This document shows positions 1 through 12,827 of a DNA stretch of 64,000 nt, piece by piece (positions within the stretch are counted from its first letter, which is position 1; the number at the start of each line of letters is the position of its first letter). Under the pieces are notes generated by a model that did no database searches, had not been told where the DNA came from, and saw nothing but the letters and a program-made list of their open reading frames with translations. A program made the position numbers and the translations under genes. The stretch comes from Botryllus schlosseri (Eukaryota). Location: NCBI GenBank assembly GCA_051294905.1, contig CM119372.1:31932001-31996000 (forward strand), written 5' to 3'.

Positions 1-43
1 ATGTATAATATTGAAATTGCACGATTGTAAAATAAGGATCCCC

Positions 44-77
44 GCCCTCTCCCTCTCACCCTCTCTCTCTCTCCCTC

Positions 78-109
<32 letters not shown>

Positions 110-110
110 A
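44..110. repeat. (CT)n microsatellite
   Basis: Run of CTCTCT with a few interruptions. Confidence 0.9.
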
Positions 111-892
111 TAAGTGTTATCCGAGTAGCCAGCTGATATCTGAATATGGGTTATATCAAACGGATTACATATATTTATTCATTCTTACAGCGATTTTTAT
201 CACTTCCAGCGTGTGTTTCTGAGAATGCTGTATCTGTGTTTTGATCACTTTCAACAGCTTCAGCAGTGCAAAATGTATTCTCTAAAACTCTGACATGAAA
301 TAAGTAATTCCCATTGACTCCTCCAAGTTAGTCGTCTTACGGCTCTTATTGAACCCTGAAAATTCAACAACAACAAATAGAATAGAGACATTTCGTTTGA
401 TTCTTTAAATAGACTTCGTCAGCTCGGTATAGCAACAATAAAATAACGAATGTTAGTTATGCATATGCCGTCTAAAAACCGTGATCAGAATTTCTGGTGA
501 CTAGCGACAAACGCATTGGCGAATAACATTCACACAGCACCATAATATATCTTGAGACCGTGCCCATAGCTTTTCACTGACAACAAGAAATCAGCTAATA
601 GCCAACCATTAAGCGCAACATGTCCGATGTTACTCTGCGTATATTCCCGCCGCAAACTTGTGCATGTATTATATATAACAGCTATTACATAACTGCATAA
701 TATATATAATAAGTTGTAGTAATGATATGCATTTGCAGTTTGGTTCATGTAATATCGCTCGCCACTGAGTCCATCTTTTCTAAAATAGCTGAGAATCCAT
801 AGGAGTATCTGTACATTATACATTGTACATACTTTAAAATGTTCCTTTTAAGTACTTGACTAATTCCATGCGACTTCGTACTTACTCTGAAG

Positions 893-1738
893 CAGTGTTG
901 GGATCAAGTCACTATACCTCTGTGTCACAAGTCAAGTCGAGTATAATTGCACATTTTTACTCGAGTCAAGGCAAGTCATTGGACTCTTGAAGGTGACTCG
1001 AGTCAAGTCTAGTCACTCGATTTTCGGAAGTGACTTGAGTCAAGTATAGTCGTGCCAAGTCACTAAGTCATGACGAATTTTCGAATTTCGGTTTAAGCCC
1101 TCGCATCTTGAAACATGCTTGAAGTACAGAGTTATATACTACTAATTATGTCTCGAGTAACGAATATCATGTTAACTAATTGCTCACATATTTGTATATA
1201 CCAGGCCATGTCGGTATCTGTCCGCAAAATAGATGACAGAGTATGAAACCTTGGAAAGGTGAAACAAATTGATATGATCTAATACACAATCCAGCAACAC
1301 ATCCATTTACAATATAATTTAAGCATAGTCCGATTTAAATTATGCAAAAGATTCTGAGGAGAAACACACTGTTATGGATTGCATACTACTAGTCTACGAA
1401 AACGTAAGCACTAATCACTTCTTTTGCAGTCAATTTATTTGTGACTAACCGACGGTGGCTGGGCAAAACCAATCTGACCATTGGCTGAATAATTAGTTGC
1501 TCACACAGATCGTAGCGGCGTGTCGAGAACATGTACGTACATAATACACATACATGAATATAGATTTATCCGACACCGATTACTTGATGACTTGAAATTG
1601 ACTCTAAAATTTTTCTTCGAGTCACGAGTCATTCAACTTTTTTGAGGCGCCGAGTCCAGTCAAGTCAAGTCATTTTTGTAAAGTGATTCGACTGAAGTCA
1701 AGTCATCTCAAAAGTTGACACGAGTCGTCCCAACTTTG
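893..1738. mobile_element. hAT-type MITE with GAGTC/AAGTC subterminal repeats
   Basis: Termini CAGTGTTGGGA / TCCCAACTTTG; perfect 8-bp TSD CTCTGAAG at 885-892 and 1739-1746. Confidence 0.85.
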
Positions 1739-1840
1739 CTCTGAAGTATATGAAATGCAGCTCCGATAACACAAAAGGTTGGAAACGACTTGAATAAACA
1801 GTTCGTTTGAACTCATTCGTAGTGCACACAAAAGTTAGTT

Positions 1841-3478
1841 TTAATCCAAATTCATAGCGCTCTGTACTCCGCCATACAACGAAATATGGATAAGAATGGT
1901 CGCCATAATATTTTCGGTATAAAATCTCGAAATGTAAATATCCCCCATCTTGATACCAGCCAGAAAAGTAAGGTTGGTGACAATGAGAAAACCGAACATA
2001 AAACACGACAAAAATCCTCTGAAACGTCTGCTCCACTGAGGCGTGAAGTATCGCCTTTCTAAATCTTTCACGGTGTCCATTCGATAGATCTTCATTGCAA
2101 TAAACTCTACCAGTACACCCAACCAGCTCATGGCAGACCATCTTATATGTCGTCGCATCGGTCTGTGCCACAGCACCACAAAGCTGAATGATGCTGTAAA
2201 ACTTAAAATTGCTCTAAACGGCCCATTTCGCGACCCTCCGCAAGGAATGTAAATGTACCGCACGATCCACTTGTGAAGACCTTTGTCAATAAGTTTCCAG
2301 AAATCGCTCATTCTATGTCTGGAGTAGACACACTGAGGCTGACCGGGTGGATCCAAACCATCGGAAGTGGCGAAATGAGCGGGTAAGCCATACATGACTA
2401 GATATTTGAAATAAAACAATCCGACCTGGGCCATCGAAAGTCCACATAGATGATAGATCTTCAATGTTTGGCTAGATGACCAATTTTCGTAGAGCAACGC
2501 CGATGCATACACATAATGCAAGACGAAGTCAATAAATAGATGATAAGTCGCAAACTTCACCAAATTCAGTATAAATTTAGTGGCTCTTGAAGATGTCCAT
2601 GGAGATGGCGGCATTTTAGACTGCTCCGCGAATTCGTTGTAATTCAGAACAGGCCCAACAAAAAGTAGGGGAAAATACATTTGATACATTAGCAGGTCCA
2701 AGAAGGTCAGGTCCTCATCTTTTTCATCCTCGTAGTATTGGGTCTTATTCTCTTTTAACATTTTTGACTTTTCTGTTTTCAGCTCACACTTTCTTCGATG
2801 TTGCAAAACATACTCGAGTCCAAAGCTAATGTTTCGCAAGATGCTCATTCCCACGCAAAGCCATAACATGTATATTTTATCAGGGTCGGATTTATAAAGT
2901 GCTTTCAGGGCTCCGTTCGTGTTGTGAAGCAAGTACATCAGTCCTAAACCGATGATCCAACAGGCCGTCACACTTTTTGTCAAACGCACCGTCCAAAATT
3001 GAATCACCAGATGACTCAATAGATACAATACGGCTTCAATGTGCAGGAAATACGCCGTGAATGCCAAGCTGTAGGCCAGTAGTATCTGAAATCTTCTTTC
3101 TGGGAATATCTTGTCAGCCAATCTCGCAACGATGAAATGCCCAGTAAATCCGCGAATGTAGCCATCCCGGACGTGATATTTCCAGAAAGACCAATGCGAA
3201 TCGGTATTATCCAAGTGTCGCCCAAGCCAATCTATCCATCCATTTTCCAACAGTCCTTTCTTTACAAATTCATTCTCGCGTGACGATGATACCGGAATCA
3301 AAGTGCATACTGTTACGATAACTCCTCCACTCCACAACAGCATACAAATAATAACTTCAACGGAATTTAATTTCGGATAATATTTCTTCCTAATCTCAGT
3401 CGTTGCTTGAAAATCGGACGCAGCCGATTTCACGTTTTCTGCCCCTTCGCTGAATTTTTGAGCAGTTTTTGTACGCAT
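1841..3478 (-). CDS. HHAT: Hedgehog acyltransferase-like MBOAT protein (protein-cysteine N-palmitoyltransferase), single coding exon, 545 aa
   Basis: Long ORF with many transmembrane segments and HHAT/Rasp/Gup1-type motifs: YFPLLFVGPVLNYNEF, LFYFKYLVMYG, FWKLIDKGLHKWIVRYIYIPCGG and FSFVVLWH (catalytic His). Confidence 0.88.
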   Translation of the reverse strand: MRTKTAQKFSEGAENVKSAASDFQATTEIRKKYYPKLNSVEVIICMLLWSGGVIVTVCTLIPVSSSRENEFVKKGLLENGWIDWLGRHLDNTDSHWSFWKYHVRDGYIRGFTGHFIVARLADKIFPERRFQILLAYSLAFTAYFLHIEAVLYLLSHLVIQFWTVRLTKSVTACWIIGLGLMYLLHNTNGALKALYKSDPDKIYMLWLCVGMSILRNISFGLEYVLQHRRKCELKTEKSKMLKENKTQYYEDEKDEDLTFLDLLMYQMYFPLLFVGPVLNYNEFAEQSKMPPSPWTSSRATKFILNLVKFATYHLFIDFVLHYVYASALLYENWSSSQTLKIYHLCGLSMAQVGLFYFKYLVMYGLPAHFATSDGLDPPGQPQCVYSRHRMSDFWKLIDKGLHKWIVRYIYIPCGGSRNGPFRAILSFTASFSFVVLWHRPMRRHIRWSAMSWLGVLVEFIAMKIYRMDTVKDLERRYFTPQWSRRFRGFLSCFMFGFLIVTNLTFLAGIKMGDIYISRFYTENIMATILIHISLYGGVQSAMNLD

Positions 3479-5260
3479 TGCTTAAACTATTTTGCTTGAC
3501 ACTGAATCGGCGAGATAAGCTTACAAACGACATGTACGTGGTTTATCTCATAAAACTTACAGGAAATCTCTCGATCGATCTTGTTGAAAGCGATTATACG
3601 ACTTGCCGCTTCATGGTAAAAGCGGAAACAATAAACTTCGAAATATTGCATAACTATTGTGTATGTTGTTTTGCCGCAGGGCTAGTTCGGTTTCAATGAA
3701 CCACTTATCAAGTACAAAATTTTATAATCCCCTCGAACCAGATTAAACTATTTCGTCACCGGCACCTTATAAGCATTGGAGGCGAATAAAACGTCTGAAA
3801 CGCTTCAAAACCCCCACGAACGAGATGAAAAATAATATAGGCTAGTATTCATACACGTTTAGTCATTCGTATCTAACGGATGCAGAGCCCGCCTTTGGTA
3901 AAATAGGAATGTGAATGGAACATGCTGTGATACATCGGAAATCGAGACATTCTTTTACCATAATCATGATTACTCTTACAATATAATAAGACAGAATAAT
4001 TCTTACTGAACGCAGAGACGGAAATATCGAGGTGTATAACTTTGTCTGCGTGCGTTCGGGATTAAGAAATGTTACCTACATATAAATATAACAAACGATG
4101 TAGATTCTTACTGAATACTACAAAAGATGATGCTCATGTTGCCACGTATAGTTGAGTTGGCTATTTAGTCTACGAGTTCCCAACTTGTGGGTTATGGCTC
4201 CTCGTTGATTTTAGAGAAAATGAACTTGCGCGCTTGGGACGACGTCGGTGCCGTGGGCATAAGTTATCAATCGACAGAAGCAGATAATGTTGTTATTAGT
4301 ATTATTATTAGACACAACAGTGGTGCTTTTAGCCAGTTTTAAGTGCACCGTTGTCCTTCTCGGATCCACGCTACCGATGCATAACGTGTATCGTACTTAA
4401 ACTTAACAGCCTTTACATCACACCAGCCGTTTTTAAACTTTACTAACCGGGCGAAACCTTACGCTGATCTGCAAGCATAAGGCGGAACACGAAATATTTG
4501 CTTAGTCGCAAAAACGAAATTTTACCACATTACACTGGCCACCAGTAACGAAGTAGGCTACTTGTACCGTTCAAAGTTCTTTGTGCAGTTTTCCCTACTC
4601 GTACTATACTTCCCCAAGTATAGTTATGAGTTTAGACTACTTCTACTTTTACTTGACAATATTAAGTTTATGAGGAAAATGCCTAGAGTAGGCCTACTTA
4701 CATAGTTGCATACTGATGTTTCTACTTCTTATTGGGTCGAAAGTTACGGCGTTACTTTTGCTTCTACTTGAGTACCGACGGTGACTACTTTGACCACCTC
4801 TGCATTACATATCTAATACATACAATACTGGAACACAATATGTTCTGTGCATCTGGAACAGTGTAGGAAGAAAAAAACATTCAAGCATGATTTCCACACA
4901 TATCAGATAGGCTGCAATTTGGAGTGACTTACTCGGGCGAGTCGGGTGTGTGTCTTGCACTGTTACATCTAAGCTGCGCGCACAAAAAAGTTGGGGGATG
5001 TAACGTACCCATTTGGAAATTGTTAAAGTGTATCAAGTAAGTATAACAATGGAAGATGTATATGTGTACTTGGTTTCAACTTGAATATATATATTTGAGG
5101 GATGGATGTCATGCTATTACAAACTTCCACAGGCCAGGCAACGTCTAAAAGAAAGGAGAAATACGTCGACATTAGCGACAAATTGAAGCGGCTTTGTGAT
5201 GAAACGTGGTCAACCGACATGACTACAAATTTTCGGTCAATAGTGGCATACAATCTAAGT

Positions 5261-5400
5261 CAGGGGTGGGCAAACTACGACCCGCGGGCCGCATGCGGCC
5301 CGTAACTCCGTTCTGTGCGGCCCGCGAGAGTCTAAAGAAACTTTTTAAAAATATTGATGAAATGCGTACCAAAAATCTAATAAATGCATGGACTTGAATA
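5261..5400. mobile_element. End of a hAT (Charlie-like) MITE
   Basis: Starts CAGGGGTGGGCAAAC...GCGGGCCGCATGCGGCCC; reverse complement of 30390-30490. The other end was not identified. Confidence 0.65.
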
Positions 5401-7774
5401 AACACCATGATAATTATAAGGCAATGCTTCTCACACTGGGGCCTGGGCCCGTGAAAGCATTTGAAGAGGGACGCATCGCCCAGCGTCCAACAAAGCGATG
5501 CTTGTCTTAATACAACCAAATACTCCGGACGCTTCGCCATTACGTTATCTTGTACCCAGTTGCGATTGTAAACGCATGCGTGTTTACTTTCAGCACATAT
5601 TGGCAATAATTGCGGTGAATCAAGCGTTGTGAAAAGGCATAAGCAAGCAGCAGAACCGCGAATGGGCGAGCCTTGCTCAATCATTTGGAAATGATTGAAA
5701 TATACGTAAGACCAAGACATTTAGTAGCCGTGGTTAAATATGGCCCGCGACGCGATTCTATTCGGACCTCAAAGTTATGCTTGGAATTTCGAAAATAAAA
5801 CGCGCATGAACTAAAACATAGGCTGTATAAACTGGACCGTTTATGGCACGCGTTTACATTGAAGCCTACATACGTCGTATGCGTAATCCACAGAAATAAA
5901 GTCAAAAGTCACTGTTCCACATGACACAGTTCACACAGAAATACACGGTACGTACATTCATTCCACAGTTGTGCCATACGTTTCCATATTATCTAATTTA
6001 AGATTTTCTTGGAAGTACAGAACTTCAATATAAAACTGAACAGTATAGTCATATTTATTTCTACTTGAACAGCCTTATTGTCTTATTTGATCACCTCTGC
6101 TGATAACCTGCTATACGCTCGTAAGTCTGAATTCCTCGTAGGTTGTGACGATTTGACAATAGTATCAAATGCAACGGTTTCGCGAAAATTCTTGCCTGGC
6201 AGCTTCAACTCATGTGCAAATAAAATAGTATCGCAACGACTGTTGCCTCAAGTATTATGTATTGATCGAATGGTAGAGCAGACTAGACCAGTGCTTTCCA
6301 ACAAGTGGGTTACAATGCTATTTCAGGTGGATCGCGAAGAATTTCTAAATAACATATACAGTTTCCTATTCAAATTGCCAAATATGCCAAACACGTCATC
6401 TTCTCGGCTCACGGTTAGGCGACCAAACATACCTTCTACTCATCTAAATTAAATTGTTTTGCACCCATAATCGCTGCAAGACACGTTCTCGTGCTCACAA
6501 TAATTCATGAGCCCGATTTTCATTCTGATTGGAGTGCGAAATTTGGCAGTGTAATATTGTGTCTGCTTGAGAATTGGAAATATTTCCATCCTCCAAATGC
6601 TTTACGAGCGTTGGGAACGAATAGCCTAGTACAGTAAACTAGGCACTATTTGTCGTTACAATGAGTCAACAATAACTACTCAGATCCCCTTTGTGCTCGA
6701 CGTAAAAAATTGATACAGTCGTATACCCGAATAATTGAGGAAAGTGACTTGTCGCCATTTAGTTAAACTCGCTATTCACACGACACACTGTGCGTTGAGT
6801 GACGTTATCATTTGTTTGATCATATCTCTGTGTGGGTCGCACAATGAAACCTGGATGAAAAGTTGGTCGAGAACTGAAAAAAGTTATGAAGTACTGTACA
6901 CCTGAATATTGCATCGCATCTCCATCGTAAAAAACGCCTCGGTGGGGCCGACGAAAATAAATCAGATCTCAAAGATGTACATTATACGCTTGTACCTGGT
7001 TCAATTCGAAGCTCTGAATATTCGAATTCATCACCGTCCAAAAACGATATATTACGTATTTAGGTGGATGAATCCGCGATTAATGCATCGATTCACGACT
7101 CCAGCCTGTCAAGTACTTGATTTCCCATAACAGGCCCGCTGACTGGAGCAGTTGCCCACCTTTGGTTTTATGTGTCAATTGGCGGTAGTGGTGCAATGAC
7201 CGGTAGAGAAAAGGCGATCTGGGCTTCTGAAGGTGACAAAGTTTCTTTCCATCCGGGTCATATCCGATAACGAAATCAACTTTTCGAAATAGTACCGAGT
7301 GTGATGGTAACAAATTCAAAATTGTTCTATTTATAGGTCATCAGAAGCTATTTTGCGATATCGCGAAAATGAATCCTGAAATTTCGAAAGTAGTGCACTT
7401 CTAATTTACCCGTAAAATATGCGACAGCACTTTCGACCAAACCTACTTTCTACAACTACATAATTCAGTCCTTTCCAATCCATATATCATAGTTCCATAT
7501 TAGCAATGGTTTTGATATATATTGAGAATAGCTATCTACCTACTCGTACTTGAGTAGAAATTAATGACCTCGCATATTTGAATGGTAATGCTGAGTATTA
7601 CTTAAATACCCGTTTTACGCTGTCCATGCCGATTTACGGTGAGCTCCAGACTAGTCTAATTATTCATATCAGGTTACTATCTAGAGCGGAGCGGATCGAC
7701 AAATTCTCTTGTCCGATTCCGACTGCGTAGAGGTGGGAATTATCAGGATGAAACATCTTTTTGACGGTTCTATA

Positions 7775-8175
7775 CCAATACCGAGAAAACCATTACCGAG
7801 AACGAACATTACCGAGAACGCTATTACCGAGAATGGACATTATCGAGAATGGACACCACAGAGAATGGACATTACCGAGAATTGACACCAAAGAGAATGG
7901 ACATTACCGAGAATTGACACCACCGAGAATGGACATTACCGAGAATGGACATTACCGAGAATGAACAATACCGAGAATTGACACCATCGAGAATGGACAT
8001 TACCGAGAATGGACATTACCGAGAATGAACAATACCGAGAATTGACACCATCGAGAATGGACAATACCGAGAATGGTCATTACCGAGAATGAACATTACC
8101 GAGAATGAACATTACCGAGAATAGACATTACCGAGAATGGCCATTACCGAGAATGGACATTACCGAGAATGGCCA
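7775..8175. repeat. 16-bp tandem repeat array (GGACATTACCGAGAAT), about 25 units
   Basis: Unit repeated head-to-tail with variants; explains the spurious ORF 7761-7964. Confidence 0.92.
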
Positions 8176-8959
8176 ATGTCGAAAATCTAACTATTACTGA
8201 GACAGACGTTGTCGGGGAAATTATACCTGAGAATTGACACCATATGTTGCAACGCCGTGATGCACACAGATCGTGTATATGTATATAATGAGTCGGTGTT
8301 ATATGTCGCAAAAACATCGAGGACAACGACATACAACGTTCTGTTCCTATTTTCATTGCTTTCAAGTATTGTACATAGTACAGTGTACATATTTCCCTTT
8401 CGATGAAAAACATTATTACTCAGTTGCAACGCTGTACGAAATTGTACAATGTACATAGCTCAGGATCGCATTTTGCAGCACACGGGGTGCAAGCGCATGG
8501 GCGAGTGAAATAAAAATACAAGTGATAGGCTACTTCGTGCAGGTAACGACACCGAAGATGAAGTCACAAGTTATGAGTACAATCGAAATACTTTACATTA
8601 GTCTATATTAAACTTCCCTTGATGAACTGAACTAACAAACTCACGATAGTCATTTCACTTCACACGCTAATAGTGACACGAACGATAAAATCTCAAATTT
8701 GAAATAACACCGAAATGCTTTACAGTAAATAAAGTTTCAGTTGATGAACTGAGATCACAAACTCACGATTCTGATTGTACTTCCGATGCTTAGCTATAGA
8801 ATGGCACGAAGAATAAAATTGTTGGTTATGAATAAATTGGTAATGGTTCACATAAATCTATCTTACTAATTCACGATCTTTTCTATTTCCTACTCTTTTT
8901 TATGAAGTGTCACAAAGAATTAAATCGTGGGTTTTCGTATCAACGATGACGTCAATGGT

Positions 8960-9470
8960 ATCAACAAATATGACATCAACATTCAACGGCATGAAATTTT
9001 AAAAAATCGAGGTGAAGAGATCGCATAAGCTCAATTTCCTATTTTCGTGGTACACGAACTCCTTCTGTTGGCAGAAACTGTGTTGCAGGGAGCAGTTGGG
9101 TTGTCGTGAAAATCGCATTGCGCACTATGTCGTTAGTTACTGACCGCAAAAATCAATTGTTTTTTCAAAGTGGGTGGGAATAGGACCAACCCATGGTAGA
9201 TGGATAAACACATCTTTAGTTGTTCGTTCGGTAGGCTCTGTTGACTTTTTTGAGTTGAATTGCGATAATTTTCATCTCGGGGTAAACGCGTCATCAAAGA
9301 ACATTTTGCCGATGTTGTCAACCTCTAAACTCAGTTTGTCATTCGAACAGATCATCAACGCTTCATTCACCAGAGTGCCAATGAAGTTGATTTTTATACG
9401 TCTAGGACTAAAAGAATTTCAACATAGATATTGACGTGAGAATGTTGGTTTCCCGAAGACAGATAGCTAA
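8960..9470 (-). mobile_element. Decayed Penelope-like retroelement fragment (RT thumb/linker joined to the end of the GIY-YIG domain)
   Basis: Minus-strand translation with stops and frameshifts: SVFGKPTFSRQYLC*NSFSPRRIKINFIGTLVNEALMICS, then VFIYLPWVG..FEKQL, then CQQKEFVYH at about 9050-9075. Confidence 0.75.
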
Positions 9471-9822
9471 ATTTGTTGGTATAATATTTTCGATCAAAAC
9501 GTTCAGAAATGACAATAACTTAGAGCGTTATTTGTAATTGTGAATCGCAGGGTAAGGTGAAGCGACATCAAACGAACGATGAATTGACCACTTTCCAACT
9601 CGGATCGGCAAATCGATCGACCATTTCTCTGATCCGATTCACGTCTTGTTTCTTGAATTTATTAGTCCTGCCCCGGTTCTACTCCTAGACAGGATTCTGG
9701 AAATGAACGCAATCCAATCCGAAAAAATTATCGACAATTTCTGGTACTTATTCCTAGTAGAGCTTCTTGGAGGTACAGAACTTCAGTATACAATTGAATA
9801 GTATATATTCATATTGAAATGA

Positions 9823-9856
9823 ACCCGAATATTTTCGGCTGACACTCGTCAGGGGT
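9823..9856 (-). ncRNA. Minimal type I hammerhead ribozyme
   Basis: Minus strand reads ACCC-CTGACGA-GTGTCAGCC-GAAA-ATAT-TC-GGGT: complete core, stem I ACCC/GGGT, palindromic loop III. Confidence 0.75.
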
Positions 9857-10140
9857 AATCGTCATCTGTTGGATAATCCGATTTGTGCGAATAATTATCG
9901 AGACGATAAATTTCAGGTTATTGGGAGGGGCCGTTCACACTTTCACTTGTGTGCCTTGGAGTCGACTGTTATCAAAATACACCAACCGAAACTCTGTCAA
10001 CAGAAGGAGTTTGTGTACCACCTAGGAATAGTGCACTGAACGCTCTCTCATTCGAGGTTTCATGCTGGTGACGTCATATTTTGTGACACGATTGTTGATC
10101 TACAATGTTGTTTCTTATTCTCTACTAGTTGCTGACGATT

Positions 10141-10173
10141 ACCCTGACGAGTGTCAGCCGAAAATATTGGGGT
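10141..10173 (+). ncRNA. Hammerhead motif with mutated cleavage site (probably inactive)
   Basis: ACC-CTGACGA-GTGTCAGCC-GAAA-ATAT-TG-GGGT; UG in place of the required UH. Confidence 0.55.
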
Positions 10174-10689
10174 TCATTTCAATATGAATATTATATTCAA
10201 TTATTTCTAGTACTACAATAGCATTATAATATAGGCTACGGTACGGATTCATGTTATACATTGAATATTGCATGAGATTACCATACGCTCTCCTTCAAGA
10301 GAAGTGTTCTCCTTTTTGACAATTTGTCTTCATGTTAGCCTAAAATGCCCTAAAAGACCACGAAATACTTGTGATTCTGGTCTTGAAGACAGTCGGGTTA
10401 CTCGGGAGTCAAATCTGAAAAATAACCATTTTTAAGTCAACACTGATAACACTGTGCTGCGTTAATTTTATGGTTACCAAAGTATTGACGGTTTTTAGTG
10501 TACTTTTTGATGCTGAATCCAAAACTGTTATCCGTTTTCTTCAATCAGGTCTAGATTTTTGGCAAATTGCATTTGAATATTCAAATACTGCAGGTTTCAG
10601 CGTTATGCGATTTAGAAAGGATTTAGCAATCATGCTTTGATGAAAAGTTAAGACTATATTTCAATTATGACGAAGACCATTCCCTAAAG

Positions 10690-11003
10690 CAGTAGTTCTT
10701 CAAGTGAGGGACGCGAGAGCATCTGAAGGGGGGCGCGAAGTCGCTGTTAACTGAAACTTTTCGCGCTTCGCGCGATTTACATCCAGCTCATGGTATATCT
10801 ATTGTCTATTGTCTATTGTCCGAATTTCATATTTGAGAATTATCTCCTCAATAGCCATAACCTTCAATGCCATCAGACTATCCGTTGCGATTGCTAGCTA
10901 TCTGATTTCTGTCTTTGATATTTCGTAATAGTCACGAGTAGGGGGCGCGTAATTTTTCACTATCAACAAGGGGGTCGTGTCTAGAAAAGTTTGAGAACCA
11001 GTG
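10690..11003. mobile_element. hAT MITE nested in the Chapaev3 element
   Basis: CAGTAGTTCTTCAA...TTGAGAACCAGTG, degenerate TSD CCCTAAAG/CCCCATAG; a second copy lies at about 53604-53867. Confidence 0.7.
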
Positions 11004-11115
11004 CCCCATAGTATACTGTAAAGAAGTTTAAGGATTATTATCACCTTTGGGCAAAGGCCACAGATCTGTGAACTAATCAAAGGTGAATGTTATACTACAC
11101 ACATGGGGCCTAGGT

Positions 11116-11425
11116 GCAGTAGAAAATTGACCATGGGCAGCTTTTCGAGTAGTCATTTTAAACTTCTCGGAAAGCATGTAAGCCCCGATTATGAAGCACA
11201 GGTCAAAGAGCTGCTTGAAAGCTTTCAATCCCTTTGAGTCCTGATGTCTGTGAAAATGCACTTTCTGACTTCTCATTAGGATTACTTTTCCAGTCAACTG
11301 TGGTGATTACGGCGAATAACTAGGAGAGAGATTCCACCAAGACTTTCGCCAGATGGAAGAAAGGTATCAAGGATACAGGGACTTAAACATGCTTGCAGAT
11401 CACCGTTGGTGCTTGAAGAGAGATC
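11116..11425 (+). pseudogene. Chapaev3 transposase C-terminal remnant
   Basis: Translation with stops and frameshifts: WAAFRVV..FLGKHVSPDYEAQVKELLESF..MSVKMHFLTSH*DYF..GERFHQDFRQMEERYQG..MLADHRWCLKRD. Confidence 0.8.
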
Positions 11426-12827
11426 CACATAACTCCACACATGGAAGAAAATCTTTGAAGCGACATTTATTGTCTGCATAAATCATTTACATCATCTATT
11501 GTTATTGTATTTATCGTCGGAATATCAGTATCAGTATTAGTTTAATTTATCATCATGTTCCCACAACACTTTCTTTGTTAAGCTATTTTGAAAACTTCGT
11601 TTTCATTTCACACTTCTCACATTGATGTTGGCAAGGATTTCGTATTTAAAACACCTTTGTGATGTTAAAAGTGTTTACGTGCAACATATCCAATTATACC
11701 TTCTTCTGTTAGGTTGAGCGCCATTGAATAAACTTATGCTTTCTTGGTTAGTTGTAAGTGCCTTTATTTCAACTGTGTTGATATATTTTAGTAGAATATA
11801 AAACGGCTGGCATGGCAAAAACCTTGAATTCAAATAAAAATACCATCTTACAAAAAATTGCAACATGCATAACTAATCAAGCTACCACAAAAATTAGTTT
11901 CTTGGTGTATAATGATGACCAAAAGTTAGCATAGTTGAATATGCCGTGGAGAAAGACTTGACCTGATTAAGAAAAACTGGTTGTATTTTTTAGTTCAGTG
12001 CAAAAAATTGATTCGAAAACAGTTAAAACATCTTTGACCTTTGAAAAATATTTTTAAACGCAGCACAGTGTAATGTAAGGTGAAAGCGGATCTTACGGGA
12101 GTCGATTCGGAAAAATATTCTTTTTCAGTCAACACTCCAGAACTATGGGTAATAAAAAGTGGGTAGTTCGGTTGATCAGCAATTTTTATCAGTTGAATAC
12201 TCCACAAGAATTGCGATACAATGAAATGATAGGAAGGTGTCGAAACTACTATAGTCTTCGAAATCAGACACCCACATGGCCCAGGCGATGTAAAGAAGAG
12301 GCATACACACTGATTGTAAAGTAAATTAGATAATATAAAAAACGCAAGCGCCAAAAATGAGGTGCCATGTCACGGAAAGCAAGATCTATAGGTCAGGCCG
12401 TGGTCCGGTAATCTTGCGGACGGACTATAGTATTCGTTTAATAGCAATTGCTCGTATTTCGACTTGAATATGAACATGCTCATCGACTGTCGAGTAACCG
12501 GAGGGATATTGTTCCACATATCAGGTCCGGCATATTTGATAGATTGATAATCTTTTAGGTAGGGATTGTGTGAGCCTCTAAAATGTTCAGGTTCGTCTGA
12601 ACGCGAACCTTTCTGAAAAGCTCTGTGTGAACGCGAACGTGAACATCATGACGTCACGTGACGTCATATTGCTGGTTCCAACCCTACACTTCAGTGAAGT
12701 GATAGCCTATAATAATATACACGATACCTAGCGACGAATCGGGTCAACTAATGCCACAATGATGAAGTACATATTGATGTTTTTATACGTCGCCAGATGT
12801 ATAAACTGGGGCCATCAAGTGATATTT

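Larger units (their letters stand above)
9759..10205 (+). mobile_element. Truncated Penelope-like insertion: endonuclease C-terminus plus pseudo-LTR, preceded by an inverted pLTR piece
   Basis: 9884-10030 translates CANNYRDDKFQVIGRGRSHFHLCALESTVIKIHQPKLCQQKEFVYHLG; about 9795-9865 is the reverse complement of about 10132-10202. Confidence 0.78.
10450..12070 (+). mobile_element. Internally deleted Chapaev3 (CMC superfamily) DNA transposon
   Basis: TIR CACTGTGCTGCGTT / AACGCAGCACAGTG, TAA on both flanks, and a transposase remnant inside. Confidence 0.85.

Noticed and set aside
1698..2171. 157-aa ORF overlapping HHAT
   Set aside because: Alternative frame of the HHAT end running into a MITE; no recognisable motif.
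7775..8175. CRISPR-like array
   Set aside because: Units are contiguous with no unique spacers, there are no cas genes, and the context is eukaryotic.
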